DNA of 64,000 bases from Eukaryota sp. TZLM1-RC (lineage: Eukaryota; Protista; Metamonada: BaSk clade). The notes below the pieces were generated by a model. It searched no databases. It was not told the DNA's origin and saw nothing but the letters and a program-made list of their open reading frames with translations. Positions 34,340 to 47,518 of this stretch are shown in pieces. Positions within the stretch are counted from its first letter, which is position 1; every line of letters starts with the position of its first letter. The position numbers and the translations under genes were made by a program. The stretch is taken from the NCBI GenBank assembly GCA_040285825.1, contig JAUPSS010000006.1, positions 1,116,001 through 1,180,000 of the forward strand, read 5' to 3'.

Positions 34340-37280
34340 TAAAGCTATTAATACTATTCAAGACTAACACTGCCTTTTTCTCTCTTTCGAGCGACGAGCC
34401 CTGGAAGCTCTAGTCACAGGAAATGAACTACTAGTTTTGGGACGCTTCTTGGGAAGAGCGGATTTAGTACGGCTACGTGCTTTAGAAGTCTTGATGAAGT
34501 CTTTATACACGGCAGTATTTTGGACTGTAGATATATGTTCAGTCATGATCTCTCTTTCCTGGCCATTTCACTTGGCAAAAGTAACCATTCCTGACTGAGA
34601 ATCTTTTCTATGATACGTTCTTCGACATCACCTGCAGCAACCCATGAGTGGAACTCATCGTTCGCAGGAAGGCTGGACTGCCAGGGTGCTAGATGTTTGA
34701 CGCTAGCTTGGACGATCGTATCGGCACAGAAGTTCATGATATTCACAGACGAATTAGAAACAATTTCGGTAATCAGAAAGGGTCCTAAATAATCTCCATG
34801 TAGCTTAGCAGAAAAGGTTAGAGACTCGTAATGCCAATTGGCCAACTTCAAAGGGATTTGGAGTTGAAGATCTAGTTAGCATGAAAGCCTTGGAAGCTTG
34901 ATGGTGTGCTGCCTTTTCCTGTTTTTCTTTCAACCTACGAAATTTAGATTGAATTATTTGAATAAATGTTGACTCAGACGTCGAGCTTTCAATGATTTCA
35001 AGTATTTTACCAGGGTCTGATCTAGGAAACACATCTCAGCAAAAGATCACTTGGTATGAAGTGTGGTTAGTTATTGAACTCTTGGAAGACTTGATCAATA
35101 ATTGCACATAAGGCAATATTCAGACCACACATTGTAGGCATTGAAATCTACGCGCAACTTCCTTAGGTTTTGCAGGATGTCTCTGTGTCGGCGCTCTACC
35201 AAAGCCGTTGGGACTGGGAAAACCTAGGAAATGACTTTGACACCTCTATGCCCACAAATTTGCTTAGTTCGTCAAAGACAGCTTGGAAAATTCGGGTATA
35301 TTATCACTGTGGATTTGGAACGGAATGCCAAAGATGGCACAGACTTTCCAAATTAATACATCTGCGGTAAGATTAGCATTTTTTTAAGGGTAAGATGATC
35401 GTGAACCTGATACGAACAAATACAAGGATGTATTTGTAGCCTTCTTGATCTTCTGGGAGAAGACCAAAAACGTCGGCGTTCACGTCAAAAGGTCTGTCAA
35501 CCCACAATGAACCGGTTGGAAGAACGTGCAGTGTGGGAACTGGTTTTGTTTTCTGACAGGAGGGGCATTCTTGAACATGCTTGTTCATGTCAATGAGCAT
35601 GTTAGGCCACCAGTACTCTTTGCAGCAGTCCGTGCAACAAGTTAAAGGTGTCCTTCATAAGTGATTTGGGAATCACGATCTTGTTGTTGTGCGTCATATA
35701 TAAATTAAGCTTATTATTATGCACACAATAGGTTAAGCTTATATAGGTTTTGTTGTTGTGCGTTATATATAAATCAAGATTTTTATTATGCACACAATTG
35801 TTAAAAGAGGGGTCTTTGGAAGCTATTACAAGCTTCAGTTCGGACCTAATCCTACAAAGCAACGGCTCGAACATAGATAGGTCGTTGCAACGTTGTTCTT
35901 TTATGACCATGATAAATCAATAAAATCGAAATAAATCAGCTTATATAAATATAAAACTAAAACTATGAACAAATAACTAAATAACTATAAATACTAAGAA
36001 CTAAATACTAAATTCTAATGTTTTCTATTGTCTACAATTATCTTTGTAGTGATTTGAAGTCACACAAACACTGGTGTTACATTCTTAAGATCGACAATTG
36101 ATGTAATATGATTTTTTCACAATAAATAGTGGTAGTATAAGGTAAAAAAGCAATAACTGAAAAAGGCCTAGTTTCAAGATCTGTGTGTTTGAAAACTTTG
36201 TTGTGTATGTTTAGTCGCTACATGAAGACGCTCTGCTACTTCCCTTTTTCGTAAACGAAAAATGTGGTAGTGTCGTTTAGTAAAGATATCATGGAATCGA
36301 AGAATGTAGTCGATGTTGATCATGCAGAGTCTATGTTGGATCAAAACAACAGTAAACGAAGTAAGAAATTTCAAAAATACTGAAGGCGGCGTTTTTTGTT
36401 GTTGTTCAAGTACTGCCTTTGGGACTAAAAACATCAGAGGAGCAACGACCGTAGCTTTGCCATTGTAGTACAATAATAGTGTAAATAGAGTCTCTACTCG
36501 CAACCTCGTATTTGGTCGACTTTTCTCGTGTTTCGCTTTGTAAGAAAGGGAGCTGCTCGAATGGATAAAAGTCCATTGATTCGAGGTAAGGTTCCGCGTT
36601 CTTGTTAAAAGTTTGTAGAATCCATCACTGGAGTCGTCTTCTCCTTCCATTTTATCTAATTGAGATTGAAGTTCTTCATACTCTCCTAGACTTTCCTGGT
36701 GGGGATGACGTGTCTCAGGTGGGTTTTCAATCTGTTACCTTTGCGACAGATTCTATATTTGGGAGGGGAGAGGGAGCTGGGTCCGTTCTCGTTACCTCCG
36801 CGGACAATTCCTTTCTTTCGAGGGGAGAGGGAACCGCGTCCGTTCTCGTAAACCTCTACAGAGGAACCTTTTTCCTTGAAGGGAGATGGAGCCGGGTCCG
36901 TTCTCGTAACCTCCTTTATAAATGAAGAAGGAGGAATTTTGTCTGTTCTTACATCTTTAACTGTTGGGGAGGAGGAGGTGGGATCCGTGTCCGTTACCTT
37001 GTTATCCTCTTTATCATGTGTTTGTATATGTGGTGCTGGTTCTTGTAGCTGCATGTAAGATGAGGAAGTGGAGTCAGAGATATCTTGCTCAAAGATGTCT
37101 GACATGCTGTAAAGGTTTCTGGTTGGTGATAACTAGTAAATTGCTGGAGCTATTAGCGGTATACCTTGACTTCAAAATGGCCAATAATTATTGTTGCCTA
37201 AAGTCTATTGTAGTAAAGAAAAGTCAATGAGATAAAAGTTGATTAATTTTTTAATTACATTATAAAAGCCTTGGGGCGCC
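34340..37280 (-). mobile_element. Degenerate Ty3/gypsy element related to the 51.7-kb element (gag part, integrase, chromo-like tail; PR/RT/RH absent)
   Basis: HVQECPSCQK...TGSLWVDRPF, KLHGDYLGPF, EERIIEKIL; gag similarity DGFYKLL...WTFI vs DSFYKSI...FDFI; LTRs not recognised. Confidence 0.8.
36760..37000. repeat. Four imperfect ~57-bp repeats (core gggtccgttctcgtaacctc) in the gag N-terminus
   Basis: EVTRTDPAPSP-like units seen directly. Confidence 0.75.
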
Positions 37281-37299
37281 AACAAACCATGCTTATCTT

Positions 37300-38660
37300 A
37301 GTCCACATTATGGCGGTTTAGGTTGAACGAAGGCTTCTATGCTTACCTCGTGTGCTTTTGTTTGTGGATGCAGAAATGCAATCTCTGAGTTTTCCGAAAG
37401 ATTTGCAAATTGGGAAGATTTATTGATGACAACGCAAAGTTCCACTGTTTTTTGCATTAAATGAAGCAATTTCAGAAATTGATGTAGAAAAATGGGGTCG
37501 ATGTTTTCCCCAATCGTTCAATGGCAACATTCCAGAAAAGAATGTTTTAAATTTGAAGTACACTCTTCGAACATTCAATCGAATTAGAGAAGCTTTGGCT
37601 AGACAGCAAGCAAATCAAGATTTTGTAGAGGAAATCTTGGTTTAATGATAGTCGTCCCATTAGTTATGATTTAATTTAATCAACTGTGCAAATTCAATAA
37701 ATTGAGTTTATAACATTACAGAAACGATTGACTGGAATGTATGAAAATGATCTTTATAAACATATATGCAGCTCGGCTATTTTAAATCGAGATCTTCACT
37801 CATTGTTATTGGAAAAGGGTGTTTGTGAAAACAAGTCATCAGATTCTTCACTTTTTGTAACCATTGTACCACAAAGATTTGGATTGTGTGCCACTAATGA
37901 AGCATTTGTAGCAAAAATGAAATTATATTTGAATATCCCCATTAATCAATTATTATCGAAAGAAAAATGTATTTGTTCGAATTCACCTCAACTCACTTGG
38001 CGCCATGCTCTGAATTGTTCTAAATTGATAACTTATCGTTCTTCATTACATGATGCTGTTAGAGACACTGTTTTCAATATGCCACAAGCTGCAAGAATAT
38101 CGTGTATCAAAGAGCCCCTGTTGGAAACACTTTCTCTGCATAATTTTGGTTCTGATGATAGAGGTGATGTATACTGTGATTGGATTGATAATTCTCAAGC
38201 TATTGTTGACTTTGTCTCATGTAATGTGGCAAACGATACTTTGGTTCACAGAAGAAAACTTAATCCGGTGGCTGCTCTGGATTTTAAAGCAAAAGAAAAA
38301 CATAGAAAATATGATAAAGATATTGAAGAGGCTAATGTCGATAGAAATACACAGCTGGTTTTTATTACTTTCCCATTTTCGATAAATGGAAGATTATCAG
38401 TTGAAGCAGAAACTTTTTTGAATGACTTCCAAAAAATGGTGCAAGAAAAAACAATGAAAAGACTTGATATTTTTTGATGGCGTTCACGGATTCAATTTGC
38501 CATTATTAATAGATTACCACGGTTTTTCAATCGAATAAGAGAAGTTTTAGCTAGACAGCAAGCAGATCAAGATTTTGTAGAGGAAATCTTTGTTCAATGA
38601 TAGTCGTGCCATTAGTTATGATTTAATTTAATTAAGTTTGCATCCTCAATAAATATATAA
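37300..38660 (+). mobile_element. CRE family C fragments: thumb piece, short 3' end, and knuckle + RLE 3' portion
   Basis: CIC...HALNC...HDAVRD, DRGDVYCDW...VDFV, KEKHRKY; 3' ends near 37700 and 38655. Confidence 0.85.
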
Positions 38661-39119
38661 TAATATTACCAATAAACAGAAAATTCCTTCAGTCCACTTC
38701 TATTCAGCTACAGTAAAATGCCCATGGTATGCCGACCTTACTTAAAGAACGGAACAGAGAAAAACACGAGAACACAAAATATATTTGCCATTGAAATTTT
38801 GCTTGTTAGAAAAATCACCAATTTCGTACATTTAGTAATTGTGTTGTTTTTGCTAGCAAGAAGAATTATATTGAGAAGAATAATATTGACATCTAATTTA
38901 ATGAAATTTTCGATGGAAGAACTGTACAGATCAATCGCCATAACATCTGAAACGGTAGGGCTTCCATTTAAGCCGGCAACAACAAAATTACCTCTTGTCA
39001 GACCCATAGAAGCTCTGATGTAGCATGTACTATCAATATTGGGTCATTGAAAATTTATTTTGATAGCAAAGGCTCTAAAAAGGAATCTACTCGATAAGAT
39101 TTGCACATTAGATAAATTG

Positions 39120-39720
39120 ATTTCTGGCATTATTATGTACTTTTAAATGTAATAAAATGTTTACAGTTCAAAAGTTGATTAAACAAAAGCGGTTTACCAC
39201 ATTTACATGTTGAATCATTGGGCAAATTGTTAGGCCATAGGAAACAACGAACACGGGTTTAAAAGCGTGATTTTCAGTTTTGGCGAAGCCAAGTCTTACT
39301 TCATAATCCAAGCTTTCAAAAACTTTAACCAGATGGTGCTGATGCATTTTCAGGCAAAAACGTTGATTTGGGACTGAACGGTTGGAATTTCTGGAACATG
39401 CTGAGGACAACTCTGAATACAACTATCACTGAGCAAATTATTTAATGCAACTTGAGGTTGTTTTAAGTGAACATTTGATTCATATTGATCAGATGAACAT
39501 CATAAGGGAATGGAAAAACCAAAAACAAAGTGTTCCAATTCTAAGCATGCTACTATACACAAAAAAGATGATCTATTGAAGCCAAATCCAACTAAATCAG
39601 CAGAACAAAATAAATATTTGTCAATCAACGATTCAACAACTTCCATCAAAAATAAGATTTTAAGCCGAAGTGATTTGAAAACTACAAAAAAATGCAAGAT
39701 ATCCTAGAGACCGTTTATGT
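39120..39720 (-). mobile_element. Highly decayed CRE fragment
   Basis: VFESLDYEVRLGFAK and LVGFGFNRSS homologous to family A. Confidence 0.65.
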
Positions 39721-40202
39721 GATTGTGGGCAAAAAGTTTTCAAACCGTTTCTGAAAAAGCGTCCCGTTTATAGAAGAGGTAATAAATGGATTTTTCCTAA
39801 TTTTGAAATTGAGCCTTTGTCACGTGACATTCCAACAGATTTAATTGAAATAAGTCCTTGTGTATTTGTCAACCAAAACTTTAAATTAATACCAAATCTT
39901 TTACCCTTTTTTCGTTAAGTAACTTGCAAAACAAGTTGCTTATTTTCCACAGTGTCCTTGATTTTGCAATATTATTTTTTTTGTTTGAACTTGATGGTTA
40001 ATTTTCTTCTTAGAATGGGTTATCAGTATAAGGTCTACATTAAGTTTCAGGCCTTGAAAACATGTCCATGATACTAAAAAGTTGATAACATTTAAGTTTG
40101 AGACTTCGACTAGGTGGTGAAAATCAGCTCTTCAAGAAAATTTTTTGGTTTCACACTAGTCTTAGCTATTTTTGTGATGATAAGTTCAAGAGTATTTTTT
40201 GA

Positions 40203-40412
40203 CAGAGTGGCACCTTTTTGCTTTCACGAATGAAAAAAAAACGCGTTTTTTGTTCATTTGGTGTACCATTTCTTAAACGAAATTCTCGTTACTCTGATAC
40301 CACCATACTTTTTCTTCTTCTGTATAGAATTTCATCCAAAGTGAGGATAGTCATTTGAAAAAAAAACACAGTTCTGACGAAAAAACGCATTTTCATTGGG
40401 GGTGCAACTCTG
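40203..40412. mobile_element. hAT-like MITE (210 bp)
   Basis: Terminal inverted repeats cagagtggcacc / ggtgcaactctg (11/12), inverted subterminal aatgaaaa..gcgttttt, and 8-bp flanks ttttttga / ttctttga. Confidence 0.7.
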
Positions 40413-40522
40413 TTCTTTGATAATTCACATCCAACTCATTTTTGTTTTGGAAAATTGGTTCATTGAATCCTCACCATTTCAACCCTTGAATAGACGCATT
40501 TGCTACCATCTAAACATCAACC

Positions 40523-41824
40523 ATGTCTATGTTTGGTAGGTTCAGGAACGCTGCAGATTATGTCCAGCAAAAGATGCGTGACATTGATAAAACCTTTGAG
40601 ACAGCACTTCAAAACACAGGTGATATGGATGACCATGACCCTTTACAGACACCTCACTCTACTTCCCCTCCATCTTCTCCATCCACACCCTCTGCCTCTT
40701 CCCCGACACCTGTTGAACCTGTGCAGAACTCTGATGTCCACAACACTGCACCTGTCGAACCCGTTGAAACCTCACCAACCATAGAGTCATTAACACAGGA
40801 GAATGCTGAACTTAAGAAAACTATCAACAAACTCTCACATTATAAGGAACTGGTTTCGTCATCATGGACAGAATTAGAAGCTATCAAATCTGAATTCACG
40901 AGGCGGCTTGGATCTGAGCAACGGACTATTACTCAGCTACGGAAGAAAGTCAACGAACTTCAAGCGGAAATAGCTCAAAAAGATGAGATTTTGACCACTG
41001 CTGAGTCATCACTTGAATCAATGGTACCTAAATCAGATTTGAGGGAACTAGAGCGGTTGTACAAAGAACTACTAGAACAAGAGGGTCATTTACAACAGAA
41101 AGTCTCCGATTTGGAGAAGGTCAATAAAGATTTGGTCAATGAAAGTCAAGATTTGACACATAGACTTGCCGAAATGAGGTCAAAAAGGGTCAAAAGTGAG
41201 GGCCAAAATTCAGACAATAATAGTGTGATTAGGGGAATGGTGAGATCAGCAATGTCGAAAATGGAAAGTGACCTGCACTCAGTTCAAAATCAATGGGAGA
41301 CTAAGCTTGACCGTCTGAAAAATAGAATAAATGATGCTCAAATTTTGGTTACAAAATCAATATCGACTGTCAAAAGTACACAATCAAATCAATCAATCAA
41401 AATGATTGACACTCAAGACCAATCAACACAAATTGATTATGCAAGAACGCCATCTATTTCATGTCATCAATCGGTTCAATGTTCAAAAGTTTTGTTCTCG
41501 ACCCAAGTTAATACTGAGTTCTCGATTGATCAAAAATTTAAATCTAATTCAAATTTTGGATCAATAGAACTGGTTTTACTAAAAGATAGAGTTGCTGAGC
41601 TGACCGCTGAAAATTTGGAATTGCAAAGAAAAGTCAGTGAAACTCAAGCTAAATTTGAACCTCCAGATGATTTGCTTCTGAAATACGAAATTACTTTAGA
41701 CTTATTAGGGCAAAAATCAGAGGAGCTGGACCTTATAACTACTGAATATGAGGAAAACAAAAAGTTGTATCAACAACAAATAGCTAATTTGGCCGAATTG
41801 TTGGTAGAAAAACAGGAGAAATAG
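40523..41824 (+). CDS. TMF1: TMF/Sgm1-family golgin
   Basis: Coiled coil with C-terminal KYEITLDLLGQKSEELD...KKLYQQQI signature. Confidence 0.75.
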   Translation: MSMFGRFRNAADYVQQKMRDIDKTFETALQNTGDMDDHDPLQTPHSTSPPSSPSTPSASSPTPVEPVQNSDVHNTAPVEPVETSPTIESLTQENAELKKTINKLSHYKELVSSSWTELEAIKSEFTRRLGSEQRTITQLRKKVNELQAEIAQKDEILTTAESSLESMVPKSDLRELERLYKELLEQEGHLQQKVSDLEKVNKDLVNESQDLTHRLAEMRSKRVKSEGQNSDNNSVIRGMVRSAMSKMESDLHSVQNQWETKLDRLKNRINDAQILVTKSISTVKSTQSNQSIKMIDTQDQSTQIDYARTPSISCHQSVQCSKVLFSTQVNTEFSIDQKFKSNSNFGSIELVLLKDRVAELTAENLELQRKVSETQAKFEPPDDLLLKYEITLDLLGQKSEELDLITTEYEENKKLYQQQIANLAELLVEKQEK

Positions 41825-42998
41825 AAAAAAATTGGAATTTTGTTTAATCTTTGGAGTAAATATTGAGATTTACTATCTGATCTGGTCGTTGGAAATGATA
41901 TTAAAGTTCATTTTATTGAATTATCTGATTGAATTTAATTTCTTTGTCAAATAAAGTGTTTATTTGTTGGCAAAAATTAGTTTTCATTTCAAATTTAACA
42001 AATACCCAATGTTTTATATCGAAAGTAATTAAGCACATTACTTCCTGACCCTAAATGTAATAGTAAAGTACTAGTTTATACTGTTGTTGGAATGATAACA
42101 ATAAGGCTTATATAAATTTATTTAAATTTATGTTTATCACAAGAAAAATCTTTCGGTTCTGAAATATGATGTTTAATTTGAGATCAGGACATGTTTAACA
42201 CAACAGGAAATGAAATAAACAGACAGAAATGAACAAAAAGTAATTGTTGTGTTCTGAAGCATCAGTAATTTCTTTTTCTCACCATATTTTAGGAAAATTG
42301 TTACTGAAATTGTTTTGCAAAAAGTATGTCATAGAATACAAAACTATTAGTACTTGGAAAGTGATTGTGAAAGGGGCTAGTGATGATTGAGAGTCTGGGA
42401 ACTGAATATAAAATGCAATTAAAGACACTCAGGTAAAAATCTACAGATAGCAGCTAGTTGTTGCTTGACCACCACTGAACTGATTTTCCACTGAAAGAAC
42501 GATATCTCTTGTAATTCTTTTGGCATGGAGGTCTTTATACTATATGTAACAATTCTTTCTTGTCAGCGGATCGCTCCCTTTTGCACAATGTTGTTGGATG
42601 TTTCAAATGTAGGTTGTAGCATTTGAACATCGCTTTCCTGGTTTACATCTTATAAACAACACCCATGACTTTATTTAAAACACCCATCCCCAAACCGCAC
42701 ACAAACGCATCAACAATTCGGCAAGATTTTGCAACACAATGATTACCAACTAACAATAACAATTTCGTGCCACAATAATTTCGATAATGATTTACCCTTG
42801 ATGTTTCTTCTTCAAGAAGTCGATTTTCTCTGATCACCAAATTTTGTTTTTGGAAACAAGGATCAGAGCCATGATGTAAGAATCGGGCGCCTCTTATTTG
42901 AGCGATTCATCTCTGACGGCCCAAATCGCACAACATTTCAGGAAACAAGGGGTAAATATACTTACAATGAAAGCAAACAAATAAAACACATGAAAATA

Positions 42999-43072
42999 TG
43001 CTCACTACAGGGATCGAACCTGTGACCTTCGCGTTATTAGCACGACGCTCTAACCAACTGAGCTAAGAGAGC
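42999..43072 (-). tRNA. tRNA-Ile (AAT)
   Basis: gctctcttagctcagttggttagagcgtcgtgctAATaacgcgaaggtcacaggttcgatccctgtagtgagca; cloverleaf, A and B boxes, TTTT just downstream. Confidence 0.96.
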
Positions 43073-43324
43073 AGATGCATGTTGTTAGTGGTGTCTCTTA
43101 CATCACTCCAACCTTTATGTTATAAGACAAAACAGTTTTGCTCGCATCTGTTCATTTTGCCCGTCGATTGGTTGCTGCAGTGTTATTACTGCCTTAAATC
43201 AGAAATTGACAGGATTTGTTGTGTGAACAAAACAATTACTGTTCACAATGTTAAAGGGTACGGAAACGTAGCCCGAACATCGAAGCCCCCTTCCCAATTT
43301 TATTTTTTCTAATGTTTTACATGG

Positions 43325-44160
43325 CGATGTTGGATTCAATTAATCATAGTAGTTGACCGAAGCAGCATTTTTTGATGGGGAAAATTTTGTTGTCGAATTT
43401 TTAGAAGGTATCCTTTTGCCGAGAGTCTTGTTAAAATTACAAATGGTTTATTCTTGGACAACTTAAGGGACGAAGTGTCAAGCTTATCTCTGAGTTATGG
43501 CAATCATGTTTCCTTAAACCTATTCAAGAAATTCCAGACAGAAGTTTGTTTTCATTGAAATTTGCGTTGAAAAAACTTTAGAACGCATTTCTGGTTGAAA
43601 GCGAAATTCTTGAAAAAATTTCTCAAAACGTTGATCAGGAAGATGATAACCAATGTGTTTACTGTCAAAAATCGTTTCCAACAATGATGCAGGTAACCGT
43701 TTACTTTTTTGTGATACTTGTGTTGGTGATGATCAATTGTGTTGCCCTATTTGAGTTTTTGCTTAGCTGGTCTTTTGGCTTCAATACCTTTTGCTGTTGT
43801 CATTCATGCCTTTACTGATAATCTGCGTAAAAGATTATGGAATGTTACTCCGATTTGGAAATTTTTTCTCAAAAAAGAAAAAAAAATTATCAAAAAAATC
43901 AAACTTTAAAAAATTCTAAAAAAAAATTGGTAAGAAAACTTACTTTAAAAGGACGTTTAGGTGCTGCAAAGTAATGCTTATTTTTTCCGAGTTACCTGAA
44001 TTCAATGACAATACGTTGTTACAATCAAATAATATTTATTGAATCTGCACACTTAATTAAATTAACTCATAACTAATGGGACGAATATCATTGAACCAAG
44101 ATTTCCTCTACAAAATCTTGATCTGCTTGATGTCTAGCTAAAGCTTCTCTTATTCGAATG
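43325..44160. mobile_element. Decayed CRE mosaic: B fragment (+), N-terminal Cys-rich/pre-RT fragment (+), C 3' end (-)
   Basis: Similarity to 423-680, to 17500-17600 (KGRLGAAK), and to C ends. Confidence 0.7.
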
Positions 44161-45559
44161 AATGAATGAAGTTGATTTTAAGTAATTTTGGTTCAATTAG
44201 TTTGGAAACACTATGGGGTTTACTACTATTTGAAGTTGAAATATATGGATACAAAACTAATAAGTGTTTGAGACCAGTTGATGAATTTCTAGGAGCAGCA
44301 GACAGCGAAGATATTGCTTTTACTACTTATTGAATGTTTTTATTGCTGGTTATTATAATGGTACAAGAAAGATGTTTGAAATGCTTGACATAAGGACTAC
44401 TTCGGGTTTTGCTATCGATTGTTTTCTTTATCATCAACCATTATTTCTGTGGAAAGTATTTAGGACACAGCTTCCAATTCATGGACTCTTATTACTCGCA
44501 CTTTTGCTTGTTTACTGGTGTTATTGGTATTTATTGTAAATTTATAGTGTTGAAGTTGGACTTTGAACTTTTTGTTGTTTGGGGTGTCTATGTACTGGTT
44601 GATTTTAGTAGGTTAAAAACAAAAAGTTAATCAAAGAATCAAGTGATTGATAGCAGCACTTTCTCTCATAATTTTATTATATTTACAATATGCAATTCAA
44701 TTAATTACACACAATTGTGGTTCTTGTTTTAACTATTCAATCTGGTTAGCAAAAGGCTTTTGTATCGTATTCAGGTACCTGTTGCGGCAGTGGTTTGTCC
44801 TTACTCCACGTTTTTTGCTCGTGACTAATACCTTTAAAATAGGGACATTTTGTATTAACTTGTTCAAATCAATTTGATTTTACTTTTATTCTGATGGTTT
44901 AGCCTTTTTTCCAATAGTTGAACTGTTTTCTTATGATTTTTTTCATCACTGTTTGACCAAAAATTCAACAATTTATTAACATTTGCAAAGCTGCTATTAA
45001 CTTGCTTCCTATTTGACTATCAACTGTTTCATTATTGAAAAGCTAGTATGGCCTTATTGCTCCCTCTTGATATTTGGAAAATTCGATAACAATTGATTCT
45101 ATATATATGTATACCTAATTTTCCATTGTGATGAATACTTTGGAAGTTTTCGTTCCATTATGGGTAATTATTCTAAAATTCTCAGTATTCTACTTGGCAA
45201 TTGTGTAGTATTATTTATTTCAAGAGTGCTCATTACTGGTAAGTATAGCCTTGATCATATCAGTGAGGGACTAAGAAGACATTAGTAATTTATTGTCCAT
45301 TTACTGAAACTTAATCTTAAAATAATGATTCAAAATCAGAGGAATAGTGAACCGATTGTTTATGCAAGCAAATTGATAATATACCAATATTATCATGAAT
45401 GAATCCTGAATGTTTTGATGTACGCAAACCCAAATGATGAAAGCAAAATGACTTTGATAGGTGATGTGTGGAGTTTTGTGTATACTTAATGCATCAATTC
45501 TCATGCTTGAATGTATTTAAGTTAAACGAATTTAATCAAAACAACACCTGCAAATCTAT

Positions 45560-47518
45560 TCAATTGGATGATAAAATTCTTTTAACCTTTTCTAATCTGA
45601 TCTTGGTAGCTTCCAAATTTCTTCTCTTCATTTCTAAGGAGCTATCATCTTTCAAGCACTGATAAATGACCTCTCTACTTACGTCAAGTTGACGCATTCG
45701 TTCTGGAAGCTTGGTCAAGAAGTTGTATCTTAGTACCTTGAAAAACGAATCTCCAAAAGACTTGGTCACAGTCTTCCAATAAGAATAGAGTGAGAATTGG
45801 TACTTGAAGATAGAGTGTTCCTTTTCTGAAGACTTTACTGGTTGTGGAGATGACTTTGAAGAAATTTGATATGCTTGAGTGTTCTGGCCCCTCTCTTTTT
45901 CCCTTATCTCACGTTCTTTGGCCGCAATTGTTTCACTATAATAGTGATTCAAGGTGTATGGGCGATCCTGCTCAGCTCGAATCATTTCCTGAGCGAATTC
46001 CAGGACCCAGATCTTAATATCTTCAAGAAGCTCCCTTCCTTGATCTTTCAGTAGTTCGAGAGCCTTCTTATTGTCCTTCAAGACAGAGTGCCAGCAGTGA
46101 TCCATTAGTTTTTCAACAATCTCAGCACTTTTCTCAATTGTTTCATCAATTACTGGTTCAAAGTGATGTTGAAATTCTTGGTCGAAGATTAGTTGAAAAG
46201 TTTTTGATGACAGAAAGTTGGACAAGGAGTGTCCAACACTTTCATTCACAAAGTCTTGCAGTTGTGCATGTATTTTGGGGTTCAAAAAGTTTTCAGCTTG
46301 TTTCAATAGGTATTCATAACCTTCTTGGAAGACCTCATGGAGTCGCGCAGTTACGTTGAGCTCTTTCGTTCGTGTTTCGGTACGTGCATAGTCGAGAAAT
46401 TCACGGTGTGCATTGTTGAGACATTGCACAAAAAACACAAAAGTTTCGTCTGGGTTTGTCTTGGGTCTTGGCAATGTTTTCAACTGTTGGTCAACTTTCT
46501 TCAACTCCTCGCGCACCTTGGCTTTGATTGTTGGAAACAATTCAACGACACGTTCGTTTTGAACTTGGGTAAGTTTCCTGGCCAATGCGTTGGTTCCAAG
46601 AATTTCTTGGTCCAATTTGGACAAGGAAGGATGCTTCTTGAAAAAATCACGTTCAGCAACTCGTGCTTCTTGGAATGACTTGTTGTCCTTTTCTGAAGGA
46701 TTCACCACAGCGCAATATCCGAGATGAAGAGGGATAGCGTCCTCGGACTCCCCCGTGATTAAGGGGGCTATGTCCTTTTGTGCCAGGTCAACCTGGCTGA
46801 AAATTCCAATGGTTCTTTCACCAACTGGATCGGCCTTGCGTGAAATCCGCAGGGAATCTGAAGTACTGATATCCATCGTAGCGGGATGTACATTGGCGAT
46901 TATTACTTCTTCCTAGAATTAGACAATAAAAATAATATCATACGTCATTAATGTACTTCTCATACATGTTGGTGATCACTTCATAAATATTTTCATCTTG
47001 GCCCTGCACTGGGTTTCTTGTGAGGCCAGGCAAGTCAATGATGGTGAGATCGCTGAGTCCACGTCTATGCACTTCTACATAAATTGGAAAATCCACAATT
47101 TGTTTACAATCGCCGGCAATATCTCTTGTCATTTCAGTGAGCCGCTCGTCGAGACGTTCCAGATTTACCGGCTCTCGGTCATGCTCTGCGGAAGAAAGAT
47201 AGACCTGAGGAATTTCATGGTTACCATTGCGAAGCCTAGCAATGGTTGGGAGCCGGGTACAACACCCTGAAATGAGAAGTGTAGATTTTCTATACCGGCA
47301 GCTTTTGGAAACTTTAGCTCACAAAGAGCCTCAACTACTGAAGATTTACCTGCTGACTGTGTTTAGTTTTTAGATAATCAACAAACTTGGTCACCAATCA
47401 CCACGATTGAAGGCAGCTTGATTTCCTCCACATTACCCTCTGCTAGGACAGCTCTGGCTTGATCAATTTTGTCCAGCAGGGGCCTCACAGTGGAGGAGAA
47501 GTCTTCAAAGAAAGACAT
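45560..47518 (-). CDS. Mx-like dynamin-superfamily GTPase, 622 aa, 4 exons (47518-47387, 47356-47296, 47266-46944, 46912-45560)
   Basis: Removing three GT-AG introns (30, 29, 31 nt) gives a 1869-nt open frame with GDQSAGKSS, CTR.P, DLPG, LGYCAVVN, YTLNHYY and a GED. Confidence 0.9.

Noticed and set aside
37268-37285. TGGCGCCC PBS-like motif on the minus strand upstream of the decayed gypsy gag
   Set aside because: Not preceded by a recognisable LTR ending in CA, and no matching second LTR was found
42865-42922. Box C/D snoRNA candidate near the tRNA (atgatg...ctga)
   Set aside because: Box C is imperfect, the span is only about 50 nt, and no guide target can be verified
44160-45300. Hydrophobic short ORFs suggesting a membrane-protein gene
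   Set aside because: No consistent frame, splice model or recognisable motif; possibly a decayed gene but unsupported
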